This document shows, piece by piece, positions 36,271 to 47,434 of a stretch of 64,000 nucleotides of DNA (the first letter of the stretch is position 1; every line of letters starts with the position of its first letter). The translations under genes and the position numbers were made by a program. The notes under the pieces are model-generated. The model was given only the letters and a program-made list of their open reading frames with translations. It searched no databases and was not told the origin of the DNA. This DNA is from Entomortierella parvispora E1425. Lineage: Eukaryota > Fungi > Mortierellomycota. The stretch spans positions 930,001-994,000 of the forward strand of contig BQFW01000007.1 of the NCBI GenBank assembly GCA_020891255.1. Direction: 5' to 3'.

Positions 36271-39200
36271 TTATTCCGTCCCCGTCTCGGTAGGCTTGTC
36301 CTCATTCAGCACTGCTCTCGTCGCCGCTTCACGCTCGCTCACGTGGTGCGTCCGTACTGGTACATGTACATGTACCGCCTGGTCATCGATCGTGTCCAAA
36401 AGCCCCAGGTTCAACACTGGTGACATTTGTGCTTTGATATCCAGCACTCGGGGACTGCCTGTTCTGTACAAGTCCAAGCCAATCTCGCGTGCAAATCCTC
36501 TGTGATCCACTATGGGCGAGGTCGGTTGTGGCGCTATCATTGTTCGATTGCTCCCATCAGTGCCCTGGAGGCCAGCAATATTCAGTCCTCCAGGTCGGAC
36601 TACTCCTTCTGCCCTCGTGGTCGTGGTCGGTACAGCCCCATCGATAGAAGGATGGGCTTCGGGACTACCCACTTGATGAGGCGAAGTCTGAACCGAAGCC
36701 TGTCTGGACCACTCACGCTCTCGCATGGCACTCAGCATCAACTCGACCTCAGATCCAACCTCAGAGATAGAATCAGAAGCGGATGACTCAGGACTCTTTG
36801 CCCCTGTCATACTATCTTGTCTAGGGTCTTGTCCACCATGGGGTCTCTCATGGACATCATTTGTTTCCGTCCGAGCTGCCTCGTTACCGCCCTTCACCTC
36901 AGAGCTGATCGCCTTGGGGTCCTCATCTATAGAAGGCGATTCCTCCTTGAGCTGCATTTCATCGTCGCTCTCATCATCTGAATAAGACACGGATGCGGTG
37001 CCTCGGGTTGCCTCGTATGGATAGTCCTTCAAGCCCTCTTCCTCTGCATCCAAAGGTCTACGCTCACCATTGGCACCGTTCATAGAATGCTCGCCATCGA
37101 CCTCCGAGTATTCATCATACTCATCATACACCATGCTTTCCTCGCTATCAACGCCCTTGAGCCACTCATCGCGGAGAAGTTCATCGGCCGAAGCGCGGTC
37201 TCGGGGGCTGCGGATAAAGCAACGCTTCAAGAACGCGATTCCCTTGGCACTCATCTGCGATGGATCTGGCAAAGGAGGATGGGAGGTGGCGACGTGGTAC
37301 ATCACAGCCCACTCGTTATCCAGATGAGCCCATGGCCGACGGCCTGTCGCCATCTCGAGGACACAGCATCCAAGAGACCAGATATCCATGCTACCCTTGC
37401 GACCTTTCTCTCCGTTCTTGATCACCTCGGGCGCCATGTACATTGGAGTGCCGTTCAGAGAATTGGCTCCTACGCCAACATTGACACTCTGTCCCGATCG
37501 GCCGTGCGTGCGTGTTCTTTGGTTCTTGGCCAAGATTTTGGCAGCTCCAAAATCGACAAACTTGATGTGGCCGAGATGGTCCAGTAGAATATCTATTTGA
37601 AAATTAGAACCATGATACTGCGTTAAATTTCACTCCTCATAAAACTTTGAGGGAAAACGCAAACTTCAACTTACTGTCAGGTTTGACATCGCGATGGACG
37701 ACATTCTTGCGATGAAGATAGGACAACCCCTTCAACATCTGCAAGGTATAAACCTTGATGACCTTCTCGTCTTCGATCCTTCCATGTGTCAACAGATCTG
37801 CCAAACTGCCTCCTTGACAGTACTCCATGAAAATGAAAACCTTGTGTCGATGGACCTCAATGTTGTCGTACCGCACAATATTGGGATGATGCATCATCTT
37901 CATCACCTTCATTTCATCACGAATCGACTCGAACAGGGACATGGACGCGTTCTGGAATCGAATTTCCTTCACTGCAATGAGCTCTCCTGTCAACGAGTTG
38001 GTACCCAGGTAAACAGTTCCAAATGTGCCAGAACCGATATACTTTGCCATCTGCCAACGAGTTGCAACCGAATCCGTCAATCCTGCAAGGTATACTAGAG
38101 ACTGATCCTCGGGCTTTTGACCATCCAGAACTTTTCCAATGACCTTGATCTCCTGCTCTTTCTCTGTCCTTCCTTTTTCCAAAAGAGCCAACTTTTCCTG
38201 CTGGAGAAGCAAGTTTTTGGTCGCCTCTTCTGAGAGCACAGACTCGTTTGCTGTTGCAAGTCGAAACATAGTCGCAATCTCCTCTGCAAGTCGGCTCTGA
38301 TCCTTGGCCTTGTATTTTTGTCTTCCATCCCTCTCGCTTCTTTGGGCCTCGCTCTGATTCCTGGCTCCATGGATATCGAAATGAGAGATCAAAAGGGTCA
38401 TGCATCCAGCGATTTTGATCCGCAGCCAGGAAAATTCAGAGTCGCTCAGCGCAAGGATATTGTTGCCCTTGGTCATCTTCATGGCAAAGTTGAGTGCCGC
38501 CATGGCCCATCGGAAGGTCTGACGCTCTGTCTGGTCGCAGTCGTCACACACAAAACTGACCCAATCGATCGCAAGACGGAGCAACTTGAGGTTGTACTGG
38601 GATCTAGGCAATCCCTCCATTGAACTGAGAGAGGTAAGGCCATAATCGGTTGCGAAACGGAAGAAGGGTTGGACAAGATCCTGACAATTGGGGACCCGCA
38701 TCGTCACCTTGCGGAGGACCGTGACGGATTGAGCAATGGTATCTGCAAGTTTATAGGCAGACTTCTTGGCCTTGTTGAGTTCCTTGTTCAGCTGTGTGAC
38801 GTTGGCTCTGCTCTCTGTGATCAGCTCCAGACCATGCTGGTCGGCGATTTTACTGAACCGCTTCTTGCACGCATCCAGTAGACTACCCCTTTCAGAGATC
38901 AGGCGAACGCGTCCTGGCTTGAGATCAAGATCAATGCCCTGGACGCCAGACAGTGTCAGAATGGGTCCTGACCAGACAAAACGCTCCCTGGGCGTGAACA
39001 TAAGAATATAGCCAGTGCCTGCCTGTTCAAAGCACGACCTCAGTGTCTGCGGAATCCAGGGAGCCTTTTCAGCAACCTTGTGTTCCACAATCATATAGGT
39101 TCCTGTTGCCTCCAGTTCGCCTGTAAACACCATGACGTGGTTGGTCTCGGCTAATCTGTTCATCAATGCACCAAAGCTATCGCCCGACTTCTTGTCCAGC

Positions 39201-41487
39201 AGATATTCTGCGGCATTTTCAAATGTGTCCGTCAATGTCCTATTGAATTCACAAATGGGTCAGGGGTCTCCTTTGCTAGCGTATTTTGATCACAAGGACC
39301 CATCCAAAACTAGCAGCAGTAAATAATCAAATATTGGGCCTATTTCTGCATACCTTGCGAAGCGTCTTAGCCTGTTGGCTCTGAAACGAACATTTTCGAG
39401 CACCTTTCCATAGAACTTTGTCACCTCATTGGCCGTCTGGGGGACGTCTGGCCTTTCCTTCATTTGCTCCTGTAGGTGCTTGTACAAGAATATAGTCGAC
39501 TTGCTTGTCAATAAACTAGTAGCAGGGTTTAGAACAAAAGAAATAGTAGAAAGTAGAAATAGTCAGGAAGGAGTTTTCTTGAAAAGAAAACTGCTAGAGC
39601 GCGTACCACAATCAAGCAGCCATTGCCTCTTCGTCATATCCTCTTACCAAAGCTGTCCCGCTGTATCCAAGCCAATACCATCGATCTTCTGTCCGAGATC
39701 ACTCAAACTCTCCCATTCCAGATCCAGGACAGAGTCGGTATATTTCTTGGACTGCCCCCAATACTCCACCTTCCACCCGAGCAACTTGAAATAAAACGTC
39801 ATTGACTTTTTGAGAATTTCCTCATAGTCAGAACTAATGCTCGGAGCAATGTACCAGCCATCCTCAGGGGCTTCCAGTTCCTCGTAATCGAATCGAATCT
39901 CACAAGCCAAGAACAACGAGGACTTGAACTCTTCCAGCTTTTGATCCACAATCTGCAAAGTCGCCACTGTGAGCAGCCCAGCGTACTCGAGTCTCAGTCG
40001 CAAACATTCTTGCATCAATGTAGCGGGAAATCGAATCAACTGCTGGAGCTCCGGCATCGTAGGCGCCAGGCCCATGCTTGCGAACGCCACCGCATTCTCA
40101 ATCATGGTCCTCTTGATTTGATGCAGCGCCACCTTGAGGGACTTTAAGGTCTTCTTCTTGAACGTAAGCTCCAGTCGGTTCTCTTTGAGCAAATGATCCA
40201 CAAATGAGACCTCGTCTTTATCCGCCGTTTCGGATCGTGTCACCGCCAGCGTATCGCTTCCAGTCCAGTCCTTGAGGATACTGTATTGGATCTTCATTTG
40301 CTTCATGATGCTTGCAAATGCGTTGAGGGCCCCGAGCCGGAACTGGAACTTGGGCGACTTGTAAATAGGTTTATCGATAGCCTCTGTCTTGGGGTAAAGA
40401 TTCTCGACAATATCAACCTTGTGCAAGACATCCAGGACCTGATCCAGAGACGATTTGGGACTGTTGGGATCGACTTTGAAATCCAGAACCTCCTGCAAGA
40501 ACCCATCGACATGTGCCCTGGCCATCTCTACAAATCTCTGTTCATCACTCACAGGTCGAGACCGAAGTGTGGCGCGGATACCGAGCCAGATCTGCTGCTT
40601 AAAGGCTGGCTGCATTTCAAGGTTGGGGTTCTCCAAGCGCTTGTTCTCGATACTGAAGACGTCCCCTGTCAGGACAGACTGCAACATGCTCTGCCAGTCG
40701 ATACGTTCACGGTTCAGCTCTATCACACCTTCATCTGAACTCGAGGCGGGCTGCATAAATCGATCAAGACGCTCCTGGTCCTTGTTAGAGGATCTTGTGG
40801 TGTCGTCCTCGTCCATTTCTCCATGGTTGTCATAGTATTCATCAATAGGATCGGCCTCCGAGGTGCCCGCAGGGGAATCGTTGGTGTCCAAGGCATTAAA
40901 TCGCACCATAATTTCATCTGGGATGCTGCGCCGCACTTCATCATCGGCCTCAGCTTCGGCTTCATTTTCCATGGATGTCTGCGCTTCCATTTCATCATAC
41001 GTATCATCCTCCAGGTCTGCGCTGTTTTCCTCGTCCTCCGAGTTGTTGTCCTCGTTGTCTTCCTCCTCTTGAAAAAAGAACCGAACGCCCTTCTTCCTTT
41101 CAACCTGGGTCTCGGCACGAGGCGGGATGGCTCCTATACTGGTACTTGCAATTGAGAGAGAAGGACCCGCAATCGTCTGACTCAATCTAAGGTCAAGACA
41201 AGGATGAGAGAGTACATCAGGTACATTAGTCGGAGGTGGACTTCAAAAAAAGACGGAGTAGGGAAGACATTGAAGATGGACAGCATCAAATAAACCTGAG
41301 GCCTTTACCCAAAGGTTGCATGGTTGGTTCCGTTGACATGTTCATCGAGACTGGGGCGCAGGGGCCAGGTCATGATGAGTGAGTTGCGTGCAGATGAGCG
41401 CTCATTTACTCGATGGTTGAGACTGGAAGGGCGCGAAACCGAGATGGCGTCTTCGTCCTCGCCCTCTTGGACGCGCAAATTGGACAT
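36271..41487 (-). CDS. SSK2: MAP kinase kinase kinase, SSK2/Wis4 type (HOG pathway), 5 exons
   Basis: RERIDWQSMLQSVLTGDV N-terminal Ssk2 block; kinase motifs IGSGTFGTVY, IAVKEI, MEYCQGGSL, VHRDVKPD|NILLD, DFGAAK, GTPMYMAPE, DIWSLGCCVLEMATGRRPW; phase-consistent GT-AG introns; start MSNLRVQ at 41487. Confidence 0.92.
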
Positions 41488-41697
41488 GATGGGGTAGGCC
41501 GAAGCACTAAAGACCAAAGGTTGTGTTGTTTGTCCGTTTGGTTAAGAGAGGAACAAATGTGGAGATGAATGGAAAGAATATGGTAGGAGAAGAAAGTCAA
41601 GAAACACAGAAACATTTGAGAGGAAGATATAAAATAATCTGATATATTTGTGCGAATAAATTATTGTAGATAAATGATGTTGGTGGCAACACTGAAA

Positions 41698-43431
41698 CTA
41701 TTCCTTTTTGCGCTCGGCATACGTGACCGATGTCGACGACGAAGAAGGCGATTCGATCGCGGTGTGCTGTTGCTGCTGGTCCAGCTCTCCAGCCGGCGAC
41801 GGCTCCTTCTCTGGATCTACGATGCCGGCCTTCTTTCTCCTCCTGATCTCAAAGGTCTCCAGGGTCTCCTCGCCGCGGTTGACCCACTTTTTCAAAAAAC
41901 CGACCATGAACGCACCACTGAACAGCTGCTCCACGTGGTAGCAGAGCAATGGCGTAGCCAACAATCCAGCCAGTGAATCCGTGGCATTGCTTGCGTACAA
42001 TATCTTGATCATGGGAATACCCATTGCCACCGACTTTGTCGCTCCACAGAAGAGAATGGCCACCGTATCCACCTTGGAGATTTGCTCGGTAAACGTTTGA
42101 AATTTTGTCCGGGGAAGGCTCAATCCTTGCGTTACAATCGCATATCGGTTGTCCTGGGTATCATGAGCGTTAATTTCAACGCCTTGCTCCAATTGAGCCG
42201 CCTGTCGCTCCCTCTCTCGCTGGTTTTGGTCCATGATCTTGAGAATGCGAAGCTTGGCTGGTCGAATACGGGCCATAAAGGCCAAGAAGAAGGTCGCAGT
42301 CCAGAATGTAAAAGCTTGCAGGCCACCGACCGCAATAATCTCTCCAGCGGTCACGGACGCGAACGTGTTGTTGTTGAACGCATCACAGAAAACGGTCCAG
42401 ACCAGGATCAGAAGACAAGTACTGTTCAAGGTAGGGAAATGCACCATCCTTTTCGCCCATGCGATCGATCGTGGAAAAAAATAGAGGTAGATCTGTCCTA
42501 CAATGATGGGCAAGAGAATCGTCGAGCCAAGATCGCGGAGGATGGTTGGATAATCCAGACCATGCTTGCCTGAGGGCGACATTGCAGTTCCATCCAAAAG
42601 GAGAAGCACAATCAAGGGCGAGAAAAAGACACCGAGCAAGTTTCCGAGCGCGGCATTGAAGAGCGCTAAGGACTCACTTCCGTCCGAGTTGGCTGTCATG
42701 ACGACATTCGACGAGATTGTGGTTGGTGTCGCTGAGGTTACAGCCATGCCAGCTAACAGCTTTGCATTAAGACCCGTGAGTCCGATCACTGTGGTGATGG
42801 CCTTGACCCAAAGGGGGATGACGATAAAGGATGTCAGCTGCGTGAGGAGATGGGCGCGATAGTTCATAGCCGAGACTAGGATATCCTTGGTCTTGAGAGA
42901 AAGTCCCGAGAGCAAGAAGATGCAGGAAGTAACTCCATATTTAACCGTGTATTCAGGGCGAATGGGGCCACCTGTCCTGCCCCACTTGGGGAAGAAGCGA
43001 GCAAGGATAATGACGACGACTAGACCGAGAAGAAACCAGTTCTTCATCCACAAATCCCATGCTTTAGCCTTCCATTCACCTTTGGGAGCGGGGGCGGTTT
43101 CGTCTGGGGGGGTATCATTATTGGCTTCAGCGGTCTCGTCGAGATCTGTAAAACGGAGGTCAGTGTCAAAAGCAACATTGTCCTCCTTCGAGTGCATCGA
43201 CAGTTCAACCGCCGTTGAGGGGCTGTGTTGTTGTTGGTGCGGACTGGCATTGCTGTCCAGAGTCGTGTCTGTCAAGGTGGGTATCGTGATCGGGAGCTGT
43301 TGCGGGGCGGTAGAGGAGGACGCAATAGCGGGATCAGGCGAGGAGTGAGAGTCGCCAGCTCTGAAGGTTCTGTCAGGTACGGCAGCCAAGGGTAGGACGG
43401 AGACGTCTGTCAAGGACCTCCGTTCAGTCAT
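41698..43431 (-). CDS. RCH1: SLC10A7/RCH1-type sodium:bile acid symporter-like membrane protein, intronless
   Basis: KNWFLLGL, YGVTSCIFLLSGLSL, PTTISSNVVMT, ALFNAALGNLLGVFFSP, FCGATKSVAMGIPM, PLLCYHVEQL: SBF-like family motifs; start MTERRS at 43431. Confidence 0.88.
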   Translation of the reverse strand: MTERRSLTDVSVLPLAAVPDRTFRAGDSHSSPDPAIASSSTAPQQLPITIPTLTDTTLDSNASPHQQQHSPSTAVELSMHSKEDNVAFDTDLRFTDLDETAEANNDTPPDETAPAPKGEWKAKAWDLWMKNWFLLGLVVVIILARFFPKWGRTGGPIRPEYTVKYGVTSCIFLLSGLSLKTKDILVSAMNYRAHLLTQLTSFIVIPLWVKAITTVIGLTGLNAKLLAGMAVTSATPTTISSNVVMTANSDGSESLALFNAALGNLLGVFFSPLIVLLLLDGTAMSPSGKHGLDYPTILRDLGSTILLPIIVGQIYLYFFPRSIAWAKRMVHFPTLNSTCLLILVWTVFCDAFNNNTFASVTAGEIIAVGGLQAFTFWTATFFLAFMARIRPAKLRILKIMDQNQRERERQAAQLEQGVEINAHDTQDNRYAIVTQGLSLPRTKFQTFTEQISKVDTVAILFCGATKSVAMGIPMIKILYASNATDSLAGLLATPLLCYHVEQLFSGAFMVGFLKKWVNRGEETLETFEIRRRKKAGIVDPEKEPSPAGELDQQQQHTAIESPSSSSTSVTYAERKKE

Positions 43432-43529
43432 TCCGTTTCTTGTTTTGTTTGATGAGCAAACAGGAGGTGAATGTACAAAAAGTCCTTGCTGAGACGACAA
43501 GGAATGGGCCGAATGGGCGAAGACGGCTT

Positions 43530-43759
43530 AACAGGGGAGAGGGGGAGAGAGAAGGAGAGAGAAAGAAAGAAAGAAAAAAGAAGAGTGGAGAGGAAAAGGA
43601 CAGGATAGAAAGAAAGAGGGGACCCGGGGTAGTAAAGCGCTGTTTCCTGGAGGAAGGAGGAAACAAGAGGAGAGGAGGAGCGGGAGGGAGGGGGAGAGCG
43701 ACAGTGGGGAAGAGAGGAAGAGAGAGAGGAAGAGAGAGAGGAAGAGAGAGAGAAAGAGA

Positions 43760-43791
<32 letters not shown>

Positions 43792-43830
43792 AGGACAGAG
43801 GATGGGGACAGAAGAGAAGCAGAAAGAGAA
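43530..43830. repeat. Purine-rich (GA/GGAAGAGAGA) simple-repeat tract
   Basis: Tandem ggaagagaga units ~43709-43750 and (GA)n runs upstream of the RCH1-type start codon. Confidence 0.85.
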
Positions 43831-45819
43831 CGAGTCAAGTAAGAAACGGCAACCAGGGACATCACCCAACGCACCGTACCCAGGTTTGCACACTCTCTCG
43901 CTCTGTCCCAGGGCGGGCGGGACACGAAAACGGATCGGAGTGGGCGTCTCTTTCCTTGGTGCACACAGTGCAAAGGTGTGTTTCTTTGGCTCAAGGTTTG
44001 AGTTTGGGTGCTGTCCGAGCAAAGTCAAAGTAAAGTGTGCTAGAGGTGATCAAACGTGCTGTCGGGTGTGATGTTTGTTCGTGTGTGCTTTTTTTCGTTT
44101 TTTTTTTTTTTTTTTTTTTTTGCTTTTGTACAGTATCTCGCTCCATCTCCTTCTCTCTCTCTTGCCTCCTGTCGGTCGTGTCTGCTTACCACTTGCTTCT
44201 CCCTCTGGAAACATCCGCATGCGGACACTCCTGCCAGATAACTGCAGCATGCAGGTCAGGGATTGTCGGGGGTCGGCCCCATCCTTCCCGTTTGTTCTTC
44301 CCCCCCGAACCAGACCGGTGTTTTGTTTGTGAGCCTTGCCTGCTTCACCGCTGGGTTTCTCCACCTTGTGCATACCAGTCCCCATCTTCTCTCTCATGTC
44401 TGTCTCTTTCTCTTCCTCGCGTCCTCTCAACCCCTGCAGACTAATGCACAACCCAATCCCCTAGATCCAAACCACCTTCTCTTCTATATGATTCTCTCAA
44501 CTCCCAACCAAACTTTTTTAAACCTCCGTTTACGCCCACCTGCCCAGCATCCCAGAAAGGAACTGCATCAGCCTTGGTCCTTCAAAAAGGAAAGCAATCC
44601 TCCCTTCGGGCTGCAACTCTCGGGAAACAGGACAAAAGAGTCATCGAATGGCGACAAACAATGTTCATTTCATCGAAAAAGTGCAAGACCTTAAATTTGC
44701 GCTCTCATGGCGTGCTTGAATGGCGATCTTCGCTCATACCCCTGCCTCGGATAAGTTCCCTTTCTTGTTTGCGTCCTTCTCGCTTCTCGCGCCGGATTTG
44801 GTCACTTTGCACCACACACGCGCTCAAACAATCTCTCTTTTTGTCCGATGAACAATCTGCAAAGGTGCGCAATGCATTGCTTTTTTTTTTTGTTTGTTTG
44901 TCCTTGGTTCTTAACCGTTAGTCATTCGATCGGATTTGATCGAAAGGAGCTTGTGATTTGGGAGAGGGTAGGGAGAAGGCCACCCCCACATGTAGAACAC
45001 CCGAGGACCGGGAAACAACAACTGAGAAAGATGACAAGGAACAAAAAGACCCAAGTTCTTTGATGGACCTTTGATGGCCTCGATCGCTCGCTTTCGTTGT
45101 GCGCCGTGTTAGTCTATGTGACTCAATCCTCCTCGTCTCTTGCTCCTGTGGTTCCCTTGCCCTTGCCCTTGCCCTTGCCTCTCTATCGGGAATGCTTCTT
45201 CCATGTGCAGTGCAGACGATTGCGAGATGGAGCCGATCTAAAATAGGCAGTAACGGACCCTCGCATCCAGTGAACCGTGGAATCTTGTCACTCCCTTAGA
45301 TCCCTGCATAGACAGATTCACGCCAATCTTTACTGCTTCTCGATTCTACTCCTGTCCTTCCGACTCCGGCTGGCCGTAAAGCCAAGGGATGAAGAGGAAA
45401 TAAAAAGTAGAAAAGTATAGTGCAGAAAGGAGCAGAAAAGAGACGCGTAGCTTTGACAGAAGAGACACAAGCGCGTCACATTCGATTTGCCCATGGTCAA
45501 GTTGTAAATGTCCGTGACCCTCATCCTCCTATTATCCTATTATTCTCTTTCTCTCTCACCCCTTTCTTGGTGATGGGAGGATCAGGTATGGACCCCTTTC
45601 TCTTGGGTTGACCCCAATGCACCTTTTCTTTTGTCTTCATTCCTTTCTCCATTGCCTCATTTCGGCTCCTCATTGGACTTATTGACCCCGATTCTGCATC
45701 CTGGACTGTGTCAGGACCGTGGGAGAGAGAAATTCCAGGACGCAAACACCGAGTCCAAGGACAGCGCAGCAAAAGACAAAAAGGGAAAACAGTAACGGGA
45801 AGCCGCTCTATCGCAGAAG

Positions 45820-47155
45820 ATGGCAGGAGAGAACATTTGGGGCCTTGTCGGCTGGTACATTCTGCCGACCTTCGTGGCCAATCTACTGCAACGATTCTGG
45901 TACGCGGCCCGGTATTCTCCCCAAGAGATCTCAAAAAGACCAGCGCCTGGATCGCCCGAGTACAAGCGACTCCATCGACTGTGCTTGATCCTGGTCGCGA
46001 TCGGATACCTGTGCTTCAACACCATGCAAGTGGCCAAGGCGACGACGGGCGACAACTTTTATACCAGACTCGACCTCAACTTTGATCGGTTCACTCAGAA
46101 ACAGCTTCGGACCAACTTTCGAAAGCTCTCCCTCAAATACCATCCAGACAAGGTCGGAGAGGCAGGCTCAGGTACCTTTTGGACTTTTTTTTTTTTGGAC
46201 TTTTTTTTTTGGACCAGGAATGTAGCCCCTATGACCCTCTTTAGTGGCCCCCACGCACTCACTTTCCACTTTCTATTGACTTTCTGTCACTAGAACTCTT
46301 TGTTCACGTCCGAGAAGCCCATGATATTCTGGTGGACCCCATCAAGCGTCAAGCCTACGACCGGTTCGGGTTTGTCAGCGTCAGGGACTGCAAAACCTGC
46401 ACGACCAACAAGGACTATTTCCAGAATGGACTCATCGGCTCTTATCATGTCTATCTTGGATTCCTTATCGGCTTGACTGTCATGAGTGTTATCGGTCAGG
46501 GCATTGCAGGACGCTATTGGCTTTTTTTGCTCCTGGCCCTTTTTTTCGCTCTCGAGTTGGCCATGCTGGAACGATCGACTTCCATCGCGGGCGAGTCAAT
46601 GGCGGAGGCATCGGATTCTTTGCTAGGCTCAGTGGCGACTTTGGAGTGGGTCCTTGAAGCCATGACGTGGCTGATCCCAAACAGGGTCACGTTCGAGCGA
46701 ATTCAGATCCTGAGGAACATGTACTTGTCGATAGGCGTGGCGACCTACAAAATGGGTCATCTCATCGCACCCCCCTCGGAAACACCCTCCCGAGGGCCCC
46801 AGGCTATCAAGGATATGTTCAGAAAACTGGAGGAAAAGACCGTTTCAACAGGTAAGGGAGACTATTTTTTTTCTTTGGTGGAGTGCTATAAGGAAAAGTC
46901 TCTTCTTTGACACTGATTTCTTGACAAACAACACGTCCTTCTTTTCTAGCCGAGGCATTCAATGAGGACCTTTATGAGCTCTTTGATATTTACAGGGATC
47001 ATAATGATTGCATGGTCCAGATGAGGCGTCGAATGGCTCATATGTATGAAGAGTCTAAGCTGCACGAGAACCCAACTTTCAAAGGACAGCGCATGGCAAT
47101 TCAAAAGAGGGTTTTGCTTAATCTCAAGGAAGAGATGGACTCCAAAGAAGATTGA
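45820..47155 (+). CDS. Membrane-anchored DnaJ-domain co-chaperone, 3 exons
   Basis: N-terminal TM (WGLVGWYILP), J-domain NFYTRL...FRKLSLKYHPDK|...VREAHDILVDPIKRQAYDRFG with HPD, further TM helices; stop TGA 47153-47155. Confidence 0.85.
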
Positions 47156-47434
47156 AATATTTAGACACCAGGGATTAGAAGGCAGTAACGGATGCAGGAT
47201 AGGAATGGTATAGGTTGCATAAAGGTTTTTGTTGATCGTCACCATTAGCCAAAGAAAAAAACTGGGGGAAAAGGGGGATGGATTGAGGACTATCTGTCCT
47301 TCCATGATCTCTCACAGCCAAGTCGTTGCCTTGTTTTATTGCCTATCTTTCCTACAAATTATGATATGTACTTCCGACTTGCGACTGTTTTTTTTTTCTT
47401 CCTCGTTGTTTCTTTTTTCCTGTACTTTTTTTTT

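Noticed and set aside
43428-44451. Multiple overlapping ORFs of 130-200 aa
   Set aside because: Products of GA/CT simple repeats and polyT runs.
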